A stretch of 64,000 nt of DNA from Rhodospirillales bacterium (GCA_965247705.1 CBDFHV010000069.1:6085-70084), one strand, 5' to 3'; shown: positions 17,791-27,281, counted from the stretch's first letter. The notes: generated from the sequence alone by a model not told the origin. Translations and numbers: made by a program.

Positions 17791-19533
17791 CCCGCCTTAT
17801 TCACCCAAGGGGCCTGAAATGACTGGCGCGCGGCGGATTTTGACGTAAAATCAATGTGCTAGAAGGATTCACAACAAACCTCCGCCGTGCGCCATGGGTG
17901 AAACGCTATCTCTGTTCGGTTCCTCGTTCAACAAGTCCCTTCGCATCGAATCCCGACCCGAGCGGCTGACCGGGGAACCGGGGGCCGTGCTCTTGCGCGA
18001 GATCATGGAGCGCACCCGGATCATCGAGTGGCTGACCGAGCGGTTGCACGATCCGCGCAAGGCCGATCGTGTCACCTATCCCCTGGCCGATCTGCTGCGC
18101 ACGGTTCTGCTTCTCTTTGGCCAGGGTTGGCACGACCAAGACGACGCCGACGCGCTCCGCCATGATGCGGGCCTACGCCTGGCTGCAAGCGGTTCACGGG
18201 GTGTCACGCCGTTGTCCACCGAGGCGCACCTGGCCTCGCAACCCACGCTGTCGCGTCTGATCGCGCTTCTGAGCACGCCGGAGGCCCGCACTGTGCTCCA
18301 TGAGGCGATCACCGAGCTCGCGGGGCGGCGGTTCCGGGGCCTGCGCGGCGGTCACCGGCAGCGATATCTGACCATCGACGTGGACAGCCTGCCGATCGAG
18401 GTCCACGGCCATCAACCCGGCTCGGCCTGGAACGGCCATTACCATCAGCGCATGTACCACCCTTTGGTGGCCAGCATCGCCGAAACCGGCGACCTTCTGG
18501 ACGCTCGTTTACGGGAGGGCAACGCCCACACCGCCGAGGGGGCGCTGGACTTCATCCTTGATCTCGTGGACCGAGCCGAAGAGACGCTGTGCCAAGTCGC
18601 TCTGGTGCGCATCGACGCTGGGTTCCCCAGCGATCCCCTGCTGTCGGGCCTGGAGCGTCGCGGGACGCCCTATGTTGCCCGATTGCGGACCAACAAGGTC
18701 CTGGACCGCATGGCTCAGCCCTGTCTTGGACGGCCGCCGGGACGGCCTCCGGCAGAGCCGCGGACGTGGTTCCACGAGATGACCTGCCGGGCGAAGTCGT
18801 GGTCGAAAGAGCGCCGAGTGGTCCTGGTGGTGTTGGAACGGCCAGACCAATTTCTGGTTGATCACTTCTGGCTGATCACCAGCCTTGATGCCGAGGCCGT
18901 GCCGGCGGCCGATCTCCTGGATCACTACCGCCAGCGCGGCCGTGCCGAGGCCCACATGGGCGAACTCATGGACGTGATGGACCCGGCGCTGTCGTCCGCG
19001 TCGCGAAGGAAGCGTCATTACCGGGGGCGCTGCCTGCCGGAGCGCGAGAGCACGGTCGATGCCTTCGCTCACAACGAGGTCGTCCTGTTGCTCAACATCC
19101 TGGCCTATGAACTGGTTCATGCCGGGCGGTGCCTGATGGAGACTGCGACCGGCGAGGGGTGGAGCCTTCGCCGGTTCCGCGAGCGCGTTCTGCGCGCCGC
19201 CGCCCGGGTCGTCGTTTCCGGCCGACGCATCACCATGGTCATCGGGGAAACATTCGCCCGCTTCTGGCAACGGCTCTGGCCGCGCTTGGAACGCTTGCGA
19301 TACGCCGACCCGTAACCCCGTCCAAGTCGGCCAGCTAGACTTCAAGCCACCGCCGGATCGCCGGTGGCGGTCCCGCTCGCCTCCACGGCGGCTTCTTCAC
19401 GCCTTTCATGCCTCAAGTGGCTATCGCACAGCTGGGGAAGCACCCGTGACTCGCCAGCCGCGAATGACCCTGCAACGAGACTCGCATCACATGCAGAAAA
19501 GTCTACGGCAAGGGGGTTGGTGAATAAGCCGGG
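17791..19533 (+). mobile_element. IS1380-family insertion sequence (copy 1), 1743 bp
   Basis: Left inverted repeat CCCGCCTTATTCACCC (starting 17791). The right end GGTGAATAAGCCGGG (ending 19533) has reverse complement CCCGGCTTATTCACC. A 5-bp direct repeat ATCAA flanks the element at 17786-17790 and 19534-19538. Confidence 0.8.
17894..19315 (+). CDS. IS1380-family DDE transposase
   Basis: 473 aa. The N-terminal SLRIESRPERLTGEPGAVLLREI and the QPTLSRL motif are shared with the second copy. Confidence 0.9.
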   Translation: MGETLSLFGSSFNKSLRIESRPERLTGEPGAVLLREIMERTRIIEWLTERLHDPRKADRVTYPLADLLRTVLLLFGQGWHDQDDADALRHDAGLRLAASGSRGVTPLSTEAHLASQPTLSRLIALLSTPEARTVLHEAITELAGRRFRGLRGGHRQRYLTIDVDSLPIEVHGHQPGSAWNGHYHQRMYHPLVASIAETGDLLDARLREGNAHTAEGALDFILDLVDRAEETLCQVALVRIDAGFPSDPLLSGLERRGTPYVARLRTNKVLDRMAQPCLGRPPGRPPAEPRTWFHEMTCRAKSWSKERRVVLVVLERPDQFLVDHFWLITSLDAEAVPAADLLDHYRQRGRAEAHMGELMDVMDPALSSASRRKRHYRGRCLPERESTVDAFAHNEVVLLLNILAYELVHAGRCLMETATGEGWSLRRFRERVLRAAARVVVSGRRITMVIGETFARFWQRLWPRLERLRYADP

Positions 19534-19576
19534 ATCAATCCCGCATAATCCATTGAAATGTCGATGACATTCGTTG

Positions 19577-19592
19577 TGGTATGAAAATTGCT
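19577..19592 (+). promoter_or_regulatory. candidate sigma-54 (-24/-12) promoter
   Basis: TGGTATGAAAATTGCT fits TGGYAY-N5-TTGCW with exact GG/GC spacing. It lies 54 nt upstream of the small PEP-CTERM ORF. Confidence 0.45.
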
Positions 19593-19645
19593 TTAAATAA
19601 TTTGCTACCGCTGAATTGCACATCACATGCAACTGGAAAAAATCG

Positions 19646-19775
19646 ATGTCTATGCTCAAAATGAACACTGCTGTCGTATCCCCAATTTTCTTACTGGCCG
19701 CTACGCCCGCGTGGGCTGGGGTCACCAGCGTCGTAAATGTGCCGGAGCCGAACATGCTCGGGCTCGTCGTGCTAG
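19646..19775 (+). pseudogene. very small PEP-CTERM-type protein gene, 3' end truncated by IS1380 copy 2
   Basis: MSMLKMNTAVVSPIFLLAATPAWA (signal peptide) followed by GVTSVVN-VPEP-NMLGLVVL. The ORF is cut at the IS boundary before the expected basic tail. Confidence 0.4.
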
Positions 19776-21374
19776 CCCCAATTATTCATGACGGCCATCG
19801 GATTTCAGCGGGACGAGCGGTAGCGACCGGGTTGACGGCGATTTTTGAGACGGATTGTCGGAGAGGTTGGAGGTTGTTGTTCGGGGCTCGTCCGGCGGCA
19901 CCTGCCGCTTGGTTCAGGGCCCTTGGGCGGTGATGCGCCCGGCGATGGCGATCATGGCCGGCTGATAGGGATAGGCCGAAGGCAGGGCGATCCTGAGGCG
20001 CGACTTGAGCTCCTCGACGCGGACGGCGATTTTGAGAAACGCCCGGCGCAGGGTTTCGAAGGTGGCCGTTCGCCACAGCGATTTCCGAGGCGCCGCTTGG
20101 CGAAGCTGATGCAGCAGCCAGTAGGCGCCGGTATGCAGGAAGAGGCGGAACTGGTTGGCCTCCCAACGGTGGCACGACGTGCGGTCGGACTTGGTGTAGA
20201 GCTTGTGGTCCTTGATCATGTTTTCCATCCGCCCGCGGGCGCAGTAGACCTTCTCGTAGAGCGCCTTGGCGCGGCCGCTCAGGTTGGTGACGACGAAGCG
20301 GACGTCACAGCCCTTGGCGGTAGCTTCCACGCGGGCGATGACCGAGCGTTGCCGTGACCAGCTTTTGGCCTGGTAGCCGGTGTGGAAGAAGCGGCGCACC
20401 TTATCCTTTCCCTGCCCCGCCCGGCGCACGGCGGCGTCCTCGCACCACGGCTGGCCGATCCTGTTCAGCCGGGCGTTGCCGGAAAGCCCGAAGATGTAGC
20501 CGCAGCCCTGACGTTCGAGGAATTCCATGGCCTCCGGCGTGGCGTAGTGGCCATCGCCCCGCACGGTGATCTCGACCCGTGGCCAGTTGCGGCGGATGCG
20601 GCCGATGACGTGTCTCAGGATCCGCGCCGCCTCGTCGCCGGAGGGCCGCTTGCCGGGACGCAGCAGTGACATCACCGGCTTGCCGGTGGCCGCCTCGAAG
20701 ATATGGATGGGTTGGAAGCAATAGTCGTCGTAATGGGCGTTGAACAGCGCCAGCTGCTGGCCGCCGTGAACGGCATCGTCGGTGTCGTCGATATCGAGAA
20801 CGATGCGCGCCGGAACGCGCTTGAAGCTGGCGCAAAACAGATCGATCATCGACAGCCCCATGCGCCCGAGCGCGCGCCATGACGGCGCGTTCTCGAGGCG
20901 CGACAGGGTCGGTTGGCTCATCAGGTCGTCGCCGCTCTCGGACAAACGGCCACAGGCCAGCTTGAACGCCGGATCGAAACGCAGAACGTCGAGGTCGTCG
21001 CAATCCTCATACCCGCAGGCAATAGCGAACAGGCGCGCCCGGATCATGTCTACGTAAGCGTGGGTCGTGCTCGCCGGGTCGCGCACGTCGGTGACGCAGG
21101 AAGCGAGCACGTCGGCGATGCCGAGCCGCCTGTCGATCTCGCCCAACAACAACACCCCGCCGTCCGACGACAGCCGTCCGCCGTCGAAGCGGGCGCAAAG
21201 CGGCTTGCCTCCAACGGGTGACAAACCAGGGAGATAGGGGGTAATCTCGTTCATGGTGAGCCGTGGGTTGTTCTGTTGCCATGTGATCTTGTCTTGACAC
21301 CAAAATCATACGGCATTTCAACAGGTTAATCTACGCTCACCAGCATTTTCAATCAGCGCCGTGAATAATTCGGG
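19776..21374 (-). mobile_element. IS1380-family insertion sequence (copy 2), about 1.6 kb
   Basis: The ends are CCCCAATTATTCA (starting 19776) and TGAATAATTCGGG (ending 21374), similar to the copy 1 inverted repeats. The flanks CTAG and TTAG are not an exact duplication. Confidence 0.65.
19914..21254 (-). CDS. IS1380-family DDE transposase
   Basis: 446 aa with the segments GGRLSSDGGVLLLGEIDRRLG, QPTLSRLEN and DIDDTDD. Confidence 0.9.
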   Translation of the reverse strand: MNEITPYLPGLSPVGGKPLCARFDGGRLSSDGGVLLLGEIDRRLGIADVLASCVTDVRDPASTTHAYVDMIRARLFAIACGYEDCDDLDVLRFDPAFKLACGRLSESGDDLMSQPTLSRLENAPSWRALGRMGLSMIDLFCASFKRVPARIVLDIDDTDDAVHGGQQLALFNAHYDDYCFQPIHIFEAATGKPVMSLLRPGKRPSGDEAARILRHVIGRIRRNWPRVEITVRGDGHYATPEAMEFLERQGCGYIFGLSGNARLNRIGQPWCEDAAVRRAGQGKDKVRRFFHTGYQAKSWSRQRSVIARVEATAKGCDVRFVVTNLSGRAKALYEKVYCARGRMENMIKDHKLYTKSDRTSCHRWEANQFRLFLHTGAYWLLHQLRQAAPRKSLWRTATFETLRRAFLKIAVRVEELKSRLRIALPSAYPYQPAMIAIAGRITAQGP

Positions 21375-21847
21375 TTAGCCACGTTATCCCGATATTCTGG
21401 CGCATCCATCGCTTGCATCACAGTGACCCCGACGTCGATTTTACGACCGCCCGGCGGCATCATCCCTTTGAGATACTCATCACGGCACCATTCCTTGCAC
21501 TTGGATTACTGATCTCTGGCGCGCCGCCACTCGCCTTGCTGATCTGGGCGTCATTGGCCGGAACGCTGACCTGGTTTCAGCATGGAAATATTCGCCTTCC
21601 AGACGGGCTCGACCGGGTTTTGAGGCTGTTCTTCGTGACGCCAGCCATGCATCGCGCCCACCATTCGTCGAAGCGGTCGGAAACGGACAGCAATTTCGGT
21701 GCGGTGTTCCCTTGGTGGGATCGTATGATCCGTACGTATTGCGCGGAGCCCGAAGGCGGGCTGACGGGGATGACCCTCGGCCTTGAGCAATTTCGTCGAC
21801 GCGAAGAGCTGTTTCTGCACCGGTTGATCCTTCAACCCTTTGCATAA
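21375..21847 (+). pseudogene. fatty acid hydroxylase / sterol desaturase family gene, 5'-truncated at the IS boundary
   Basis: Only the C-terminal part is present (FWRIHRLHHSDPDVDFTT ... MHRAHHS ... NFGAVFPWWDRMIRTY). The frame opens directly at the IS1380 end. Confidence 0.7.
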
Positions 21848-21956
21848 AGCGGGAAGTCAGCGGTGCGCTGAATTGGGGCAGGTCGGCGCACTTTCGGATA
21901 TCAAGACGTAGAATTTGTTCCGAACCGCAAAAGGCAGAGTCACAAATCCATACGCG

Positions 21957-22895
21957 TTAGGATGCCTGGCGATCAGTACCCCCCTGCCCCGCGCCCCCGG
22001 TCCTCGCCTTCACCGCCCGCTCTCGATAGGCGATGTAGATGACGGCGGCGAAAATCATCACCCCGCCCAGCCAGGTCCAGATCTCGGGCACCTCGGCGAA
22101 CAGCAGGTAGCCGAGTATCGCCGCCCACAACAGCTTGGTGAACTCGATCGGCAGCACGGCGGTGACGTCGGCGTCGCGGAAGGACTGGGCGACGCAGATG
22201 TGGCCGATGCTGCCCAGGCTGCCGATCAGCGCCAGCCACAGGAGATGCTCCATGGTGAACGGGGTCCACACGGTCAGAGCGGCGACCAGTGCGAAGGGCA
22301 TGGAGAAGACGGTCGAATAGAGGGCGATGGTGACAGCGGAATCCTCCCGCGACAGAATCTTGATCGCCACCATGCCCATGGCCGAGGCCAGGGCCGAAAC
22401 AAGGACGTAGATCGAGCCCGGATCCAGACCCTCGATGCCCGGCCGGACGATCACCCAGGTGCCGGCGAATCCGACCGCCAGCGCGGTGATGCGCCGCGCG
22501 CGGATCACTTCCTTGAGGATCAGGAACGCGAACACGGTGGCGAACAGCGGCCCCGTGAAGTTGAGCGCCGAGACCTTGGCCAGGGGCGCCAGTTGCAGGG
22601 CCATGAAAAACCCCATCATGGATACGGCGTTGAGGCTGCCGCGAAGCACATGCAGCCATGGCCTTCGGGTGCGCAGGATCGCCCGCCCATGGCGGATGAG
22701 GATCGGAACGAAGAACAGTAAGCCGAAAACGCTGCGGAAGAAGGCGATCTCGAAAGGATGCATCTCCGCCGACAGGTTGCGGATGGATACGTTCATCCCG
22801 GCGAAGCCGAAGGTGGACAGCAACATGAAGACCATGCCGCGGACCACGTTGGGACCGCCGCCAAACACGGACAGCGCGTAGGGACCGATTTTCAT
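21957..22895 (-). CDS. DMT superfamily (EamA-like) transporter
   Basis: 312-aa polytopic ORF, paralogous to 11894..12766 and 27285..28187. Confidence 0.8.
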   Translation of the reverse strand: MKIGPYALSVFGGGPNVVRGMVFMLLSTFGFAGMNVSIRNLSAEMHPFEIAFFRSVFGLLFFVPILIRHGRAILRTRRPWLHVLRGSLNAVSMMGFFMALQLAPLAKVSALNFTGPLFATVFAFLILKEVIRARRITALAVGFAGTWVIVRPGIEGLDPGSIYVLVSALASAMGMVAIKILSREDSAVTIALYSTVFSMPFALVAALTVWTPFTMEHLLWLALIGSLGSIGHICVAQSFRDADVTAVLPIEFTKLLWAAILGYLLFAEVPEIWTWLGGVMIFAAVIYIAYRERAVKARTGGAGQGGTDRQAS

Positions 22896-23334
22896 GTCGG
22901 AAGCAGTTTGTTTGGGGGCAGTCAGTGGACGGGCAGCGCGCCCATATTGTCACGATTCCGCCGCCCGGTCGCCGGATCGCTTCTTGGACCGCGATCCACC
23001 CTATCCCTTCGTAGAATTTCTGGCCGGTGCCTATCCAGGTATTCTGATGGACTTGCCGACAACCAAATCAGGGTGGAAAGAATCGATCATGACGCGTCAC
23101 GTTTCGAAGCAACGCCTTAGTGATCGAATTTTCGATGCCCTGGAACTGGCCTTGAGCCAAAGCCGAACGGAAATTGTTAGCCGCCTTCGACTCGTCGGTC
23201 AGTCGCTCGTGGAGGAGGAAGAGGGGGACGGCCACCCGCCACGGGATTCGGATCGCCATCGATGGGCCGCCGGCGAACGGGCAAGGGCGCGGCAGAAGGC
23301 CGCCGTCAGGTAATCCCTCGAAGGTTTCTCCGGC

Positions 23335-24216
23335 TCAACGATCGTAGACCTGACAGATGGAGATGCTGTCCAGGCCGGCATTCCCGCGGGCGACGTGCAT
23401 CCGGTAGAGCTGAGTCACCAGGCTGGTCAGGGGCAGCGGCGTGCCGGTGGACTCGGCGAACTCGGCGATGATGTTCAGATCCTTCATGATGGTGGCCGCG
23501 GTGCCGTGGGGCGGGCTGAAATCCCCCCGTGCCATCCGCGGTACCTCCACCTGCATCTGACGGGAATCGGCCGACCCGCCTTCGAGCACGCCGGGCAGCG
23601 TGCCCCCGTCCAGGCCGGCATCGCGGGCCAGGGCCAGCATTTCCGACAGCACCACCTTGTTGCAGCTGTTGACCAGCTGGTTGCACAGCTTGGTCACCAG
23701 GCCCATGCCGGGGCCGCCCATGGGCGCGAAGCGGTGGGCCACGCAGTCCATGATCGTGCGCGCCCGGTCGATATCGGCGCCCTCGCCGCCGGCCAGGATC
23801 ACCAGCTTGCCGGCCTTGGCCCCGGTGACGCCGCCGGTGACCGGGGCGTCGACCCATCCCATGCCGCAGTGCGCGCGCAGGCGGGCGCCCAAGTCCCGGG
23901 CCAGGGTCGGCTTGATGGTGGAGTAGTCCACCAGCACCTTCTCCGCGGTCCCCGTCTCGGCGACGCCGCCGGCGCCGAACACCACCTGTTCCACCGCCGC
24001 GCCATCGGTGACGCAGAGCTGAACGATGTCGGCGCCGCGGGCCACCTCGGCCGGCGAGCCCGCTTCCACCGCTCCCCGGTCCAGGGAAGGGGCGATCTTG
24101 TCCCGGTTGCGGTTCCACACCACCACGCTGTAGCCCGCGTCGAGGAATCGGTGGGTCATGGGCTCGCCCATCAGGCCAATGCCGATGTAGCCCAGCTTCG
24201 GTTTCCGTTCGCTCAC
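23335..24216 (-). CDS. NAD(P)-dependent oxidoreductase, 3-hydroxyisobutyrate dehydrogenase family
   Basis: The GTG at 24216 overlaps the upstream stop (GTGA). It has the Rossmann segment KLGYIGIGLMGEPM. Confidence 0.8.
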   Translation of the reverse strand: MSERKPKLGYIGIGLMGEPMTHRFLDAGYSVVVWNRNRDKIAPSLDRGAVEAGSPAEVARGADIVQLCVTDGAAVEQVVFGAGGVAETGTAEKVLVDYSTIKPTLARDLGARLRAHCGMGWVDAPVTGGVTGAKAGKLVILAGGEGADIDRARTIMDCVAHRFAPMGGPGMGLVTKLCNQLVNSCNKVVLSEMLALARDAGLDGGTLPGVLEGGSADSRQMQVEVPRMARGDFSPPHGTAATIMKDLNIIAEFAESTGTPLPLTSLVTQLYRMHVARGNAGLDSISICQVYDR

Positions 24217-25088
24217 GGCATTGTTCCCTGTTCCAGTTCGGCGTAAGGCCGGTCTCCGGTGATGGTCGTGCGGTGCATGATCCGGCGCTCGTTTTCCTCG
24301 TCGAATGTCGTCGCCAGGTGCATGGCGCAGCGATTGTCCCACAGGATCACATCGCCCGCCGACCAGCGGTGCCGATAGACGAAGCGCGCCTGGGTGGCGA
24401 AGTCGATCAGTTCGGCGATCAGGGCCCGGCCCTCATCGAGGGGAAGGCCCAACACCTCCCACGCCGGACGGCCGCCCAGATAAAGGCAGCGGCGCCCCGA
24501 CTCGGGATGGGTCCGCACCAGGGGGTGGACCACGTCGGGCAGCGCCGCCTTCTCCGCCGCGCTCAGGGGAAGCCGCTCGGGGAACCATTCAGGATAGGGC
24601 TTGACCCGGCTGTGAAGGACCGTTCGCCCGTCGATGCGCCCCTTCAGGGCCGCCGACAAGGCGTCGTAGGCGGCGTACATGTTGGCGAACAAGGTATCGC
24701 CCTCGGCCATCGGAACCTCGCGGGCACACAGCATGGAACCGGCCGGCGGGCAGGCAATGTAGGACATGTCCGTATGCCAGGAGCGTCCGCTGCGGGCGGC
24801 GCCGATGGGCTTGCCGTCCTCTTCCACATTGGAGACCACATAAACCTCGGGCTGACCTGGCAGGGCATAGCGGGTAAGACCGTGGATCTCCAGGCGTCCC
24901 AGCCGTCGGCTGAAAGCCACCTGCTGGGCGGGGGTCATGGCCTGTTGCCCGGGAAACAGCAGGATCAAATGCTCGAGCCAGGCGGCGCGGATTTGAGTCA
25001 CCGTGACGTCGTCGACGGGGCGCGAAAGGTCGACGCCTTCAACGGCGGCGCCGAGTGCATTCGACAACGGCCGAACGCACAAATTCAT
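24213..25088 (-). CDS. TauD/TfdA family Fe(II)/2-oxoglutarate dioxygenase
   Basis: The ATG at 25088 lies within ORF 24213..25199. The start is MNLCVRPLSNALGAAVEGVDLSRP, with WHTDMSY and a C-terminal RIMHRTTI. Confidence 0.85.
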   Translation of the reverse strand: MNLCVRPLSNALGAAVEGVDLSRPVDDVTVTQIRAAWLEHLILLFPGQQAMTPAQQVAFSRRLGRLEIHGLTRYALPGQPEVYVVSNVEEDGKPIGAARSGRSWHTDMSYIACPPAGSMLCAREVPMAEGDTLFANMYAAYDALSAALKGRIDGRTVLHSRVKPYPEWFPERLPLSAAEKAALPDVVHPLVRTHPESGRRCLYLGGRPAWEVLGLPLDEGRALIAELIDFATQARFVYRHRWSAGDVILWDNRCAMHLATTFDEENERRIMHRTTITGDRPYAELEQGTMP

Positions 25089-25161
25089 CGATGGGGAAGA
25101 CCGGGTTGGAGATCCGAGCGCGCCGATACGCGCTCCCGTTCGGCGCGACGGACGCGCGAAC

Positions 25162-25419
25162 TCAGGCTTCGATGTCCAGGCCCTCGCCGCGCCCTTCACG
25201 GCGGTCCCGGGTCGGGTCCCGATTGGGGTTGTTGTCCAACTCGTCGGTCTGGGCGACGGATTGGGCCTGCGCCCCCGCCGGCAGAGGCGCTTGCTGCGCG
25301 GCCGTCTGCAACAGGTCGGCGGATTCCTGAACCTGAACTTGAGGATCGGCCCGTAAGGGATTGGTGGTGGTTTGGTTTGTCGGGACGGCGCTGCTCACGC
25401 CGACGGGGTCCAAAGCCAT
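25162..25419 (-). CDS. hypothetical low-complexity small protein
   Basis: 85-aa ORF with a plausible GGAAAGG Shine-Dalgarno sequence. It is Q/A/P/D rich and has no recognisable family. Confidence 0.3.
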   Translation of the reverse strand: MALDPVGVSSAVPTNQTTTNPLRADPQVQVQESADLLQTAAQQAPLPAGAQAQSVAQTDELDNNPNRDPTRDRREGRGEGLDIEA

Positions 25420-25504
25420 CTCGACCGCCTTTCCATTATTCTCGCGACTGAAGGAAAGAATAGTGTACCACGGGGTGCCGCCAGGAGGAACCCATGCGAA
25501 AGGG

Positions 25505-25722
25505 TAGTGCCCCCCATCGCAATTCCCGACCCCATACGACGGCCTTGCGCGTTCATCCGGCCAGGCGCGGGACGCGCAAGGCCGCCCACTGGGTCGCTTT
25601 TCCCGTCCCCTCGGGGCGTCGGCGACGCTTGACGATGGCCCCGCATCGCCGGCGCGCCGCCTCCTGCCGAGGGAACGGGAAAAGCGATCGTATGGGGTGG
25701 GGAATTGCGATGGGGGGCACTA
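25505..25722. repeat. 218-bp nested-palindrome element (MITE-like or structured RNA)
   Basis: Terminal inverted repeats of about 34 bp, GTGCCCCCCATCGCAATTCCCGACCCCATACGA versus TCGTATGGGGTGGGGAATTGCGATGGGGGGCAC, with 1 mismatch. Each is flanked by TA. There are inner inverted repeats at 25595-25614/25667-25686 and a hairpin at 25541-25583. Confidence 0.6.
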
Positions 25723-25735
25723 GGCGGGTGTGACC

Positions 25736-26458
25736 TCAGAACAGGGACACGACGCCCTTCAAGCCTTCCTCGCCGACCTGGATGGAGTACATACGGGTAT
25801 CCTCTTCCGGTCGGTCGCCGTTGAGATAGACGTCGCGCAATTCGGGCACCCGGGGCGGATTCAAGGCCACCCCGGTAGGGTCCCAGGCCAGCAGGAGGTT
25901 GGGGAAAGCGGCCGCCTCGTAGGCCGGCGACGGCCATCGAAAGGCGGCGAAGAAAGGGCGGCCTTCCCGGCACCCGGTGACGATCCAGTAAAAGTCGTAG
26001 CTGTTCAGGCGCTGCCCGTCCGGCGCGCCGTCGAAGACGTCGCTCGCCGCCATGGCCTCACGCAGCCGTCCCAGATCCAGATCCCGCAGCCACACGCGGC
26101 TCGTTTCGCCTCGCCATGGTCCGGCCAAATCGAAGCTGCGGTCGAGGATCACGTTGCTCAAGTCCGCCGTCCCCAGGATGCGCACGTCCAGAGAATGCCC
26201 CTGGGGGGCGCCGATGGCGTCCACCTCGTAGGTCCGGACCTGCTCCACGTTGATGGCATTGTGGACAAATCGGTAGCGGTCGGGCGCACCGGGACCGCAA
26301 GCCGCCCGGATGTCTTCGCCGTCCAGATAGCTAAACCATGAGAACTTGCGAGCCACCGGATTGTCGGACCCACGATAAGCGCGGGCGGACAGCAGACCGA
26401 CAATGAGGATTGCTGCCAGACCGATCGAGATGGGCCGTGACGTCCAAGTCGGTTCCAT
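25736..26458 (-). CDS. hypothetical membrane-anchored protein
   Basis: The ATG at 26458 lies within ORF 25736..26518. It has a single N-terminal TM segment (ISIGLAAILIVGLLSA) and no motif I recognise. Confidence 0.55.
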   Translation of the reverse strand: MEPTWTSRPISIGLAAILIVGLLSARAYRGSDNPVARKFSWFSYLDGEDIRAACGPGAPDRYRFVHNAINVEQVRTYEVDAIGAPQGHSLDVRILGTADLSNVILDRSFDLAGPWRGETSRVWLRDLDLGRLREAMAASDVFDGAPDGQRLNSYDFYWIVTGCREGRPFFAAFRWPSPAYEAAAFPNLLLAWDPTGVALNPPRVPELRDVYLNGDRPEEDTRMYSIQVGEEGLKGVVSLF

Positions 26459-26495
26459 GGCACGATCTCCCGCGGACGTTGGGGAGCGTATTGTG

Positions 26496-27281
26496 ATGCC
26501 GACCGTGCAATCGAACAAGGCCAGCCTGTATTACGAAGTTCACGGCGAGGGGGCGGCGATCGTCTTTGCCCATGGCCGGGGTGGCAACGCCGCCATCTGG
26601 TGGCAGCAGACGGCCCATTTTTCCGACGGCTTCAAGGTGATCGTCTTCGACCATCGGACTTTCGGCCGCTCCATGGGCGGCGCCGATGGGTTCAGCCAAA
26701 GCCAGATGGTGGCCGACCTGATGGCCATTCTGGACGCCGAAGGCATCGACCGGGCCGCCCTCGTCTGCCAGACCATGGGCGGCTGGACGGGCCTGGGCGC
26801 GGCGGTTCACTATCCCGAGCGGGTATCCTGCCTTGTCCTCACCGGCACCCCGGGCGGCCTGATCACACCGGCCATGCAGGATCTGCTGGCGGCATGGGAT
26901 CGTGCGCCGGAACGGATCAGCGAATTCCCGGGCCGGGTCCTGGCCCCCGACTTTCCGGCGCGGGAACCGGCCAAGACCCTGCTCTATGCCCAAGTCTCCG
27001 CCTTCAACGTGGGCGTCGATCCGGACGCCCTGAAAGTATTGCGCGACCCAGCCCACGCGCTTGCGCCCAGCCAATTCCGGGACTATCGGATCCCCACCCT
27101 GTTCATCCTTGGCGAGCACGACCAGCTCTTCCCACCGGCCGTGTTGCGCCTGGCGGCGGCCGAGGTGCCCGGCGCCGAAGTGGAGGAAATGGCGGGTGCG
27201 GGACACTCCCCCTACTGGGAGCAACCCGATCTCTACAACGCCATGGTGCAGCGGTTCCTGGACAAGCACCTGTCCAACTGA
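26496..27281 (+). CDS. alpha/beta hydrolase
   Basis: The ATG at 26496 starts MPTVQSNKASLYYEVHGEGAAIVFAHGRGGN. It has the nucleophile elbow CQTMGGW and a C-terminal GAGHSPYWEQP. Confidence 0.85.
   Translation: MPTVQSNKASLYYEVHGEGAAIVFAHGRGGNAAIWWQQTAHFSDGFKVIVFDHRTFGRSMGGADGFSQSQMVADLMAILDAEGIDRAALVCQTMGGWTGLGAAVHYPERVSCLVLTGTPGGLITPAMQDLLAAWDRAPERISEFPGRVLAPDFPAREPAKTLLYAQVSAFNVGVDPDALKVLRDPAHALAPSQFRDYRIPTLFILGEHDQLFPPAVLRLAAAEVPGAEVEEMAGAGHSPYWEQPDLYNAMVQRFLDKHLSN

Noticed and set aside
19772-21378. A possible 4-bp target duplication for IS1380 copy 2 (CTAG at 19772-19775 versus TTAG at 21375-21378).
   Set aside because: The two sites are not identical. Joining the flanks does not restore either flanking gene in frame.
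22894-23313. ORF 22894..23313 (139 aa, possible start MTRHVSKQRL at 23089) lies in the gap between a DMT gene and the dehydrogenase gene.
   Set aside because: There is no convincing Shine-Dalgarno sequence. The tail is charged and low-complexity, and no motif is present. It is left unannotated.
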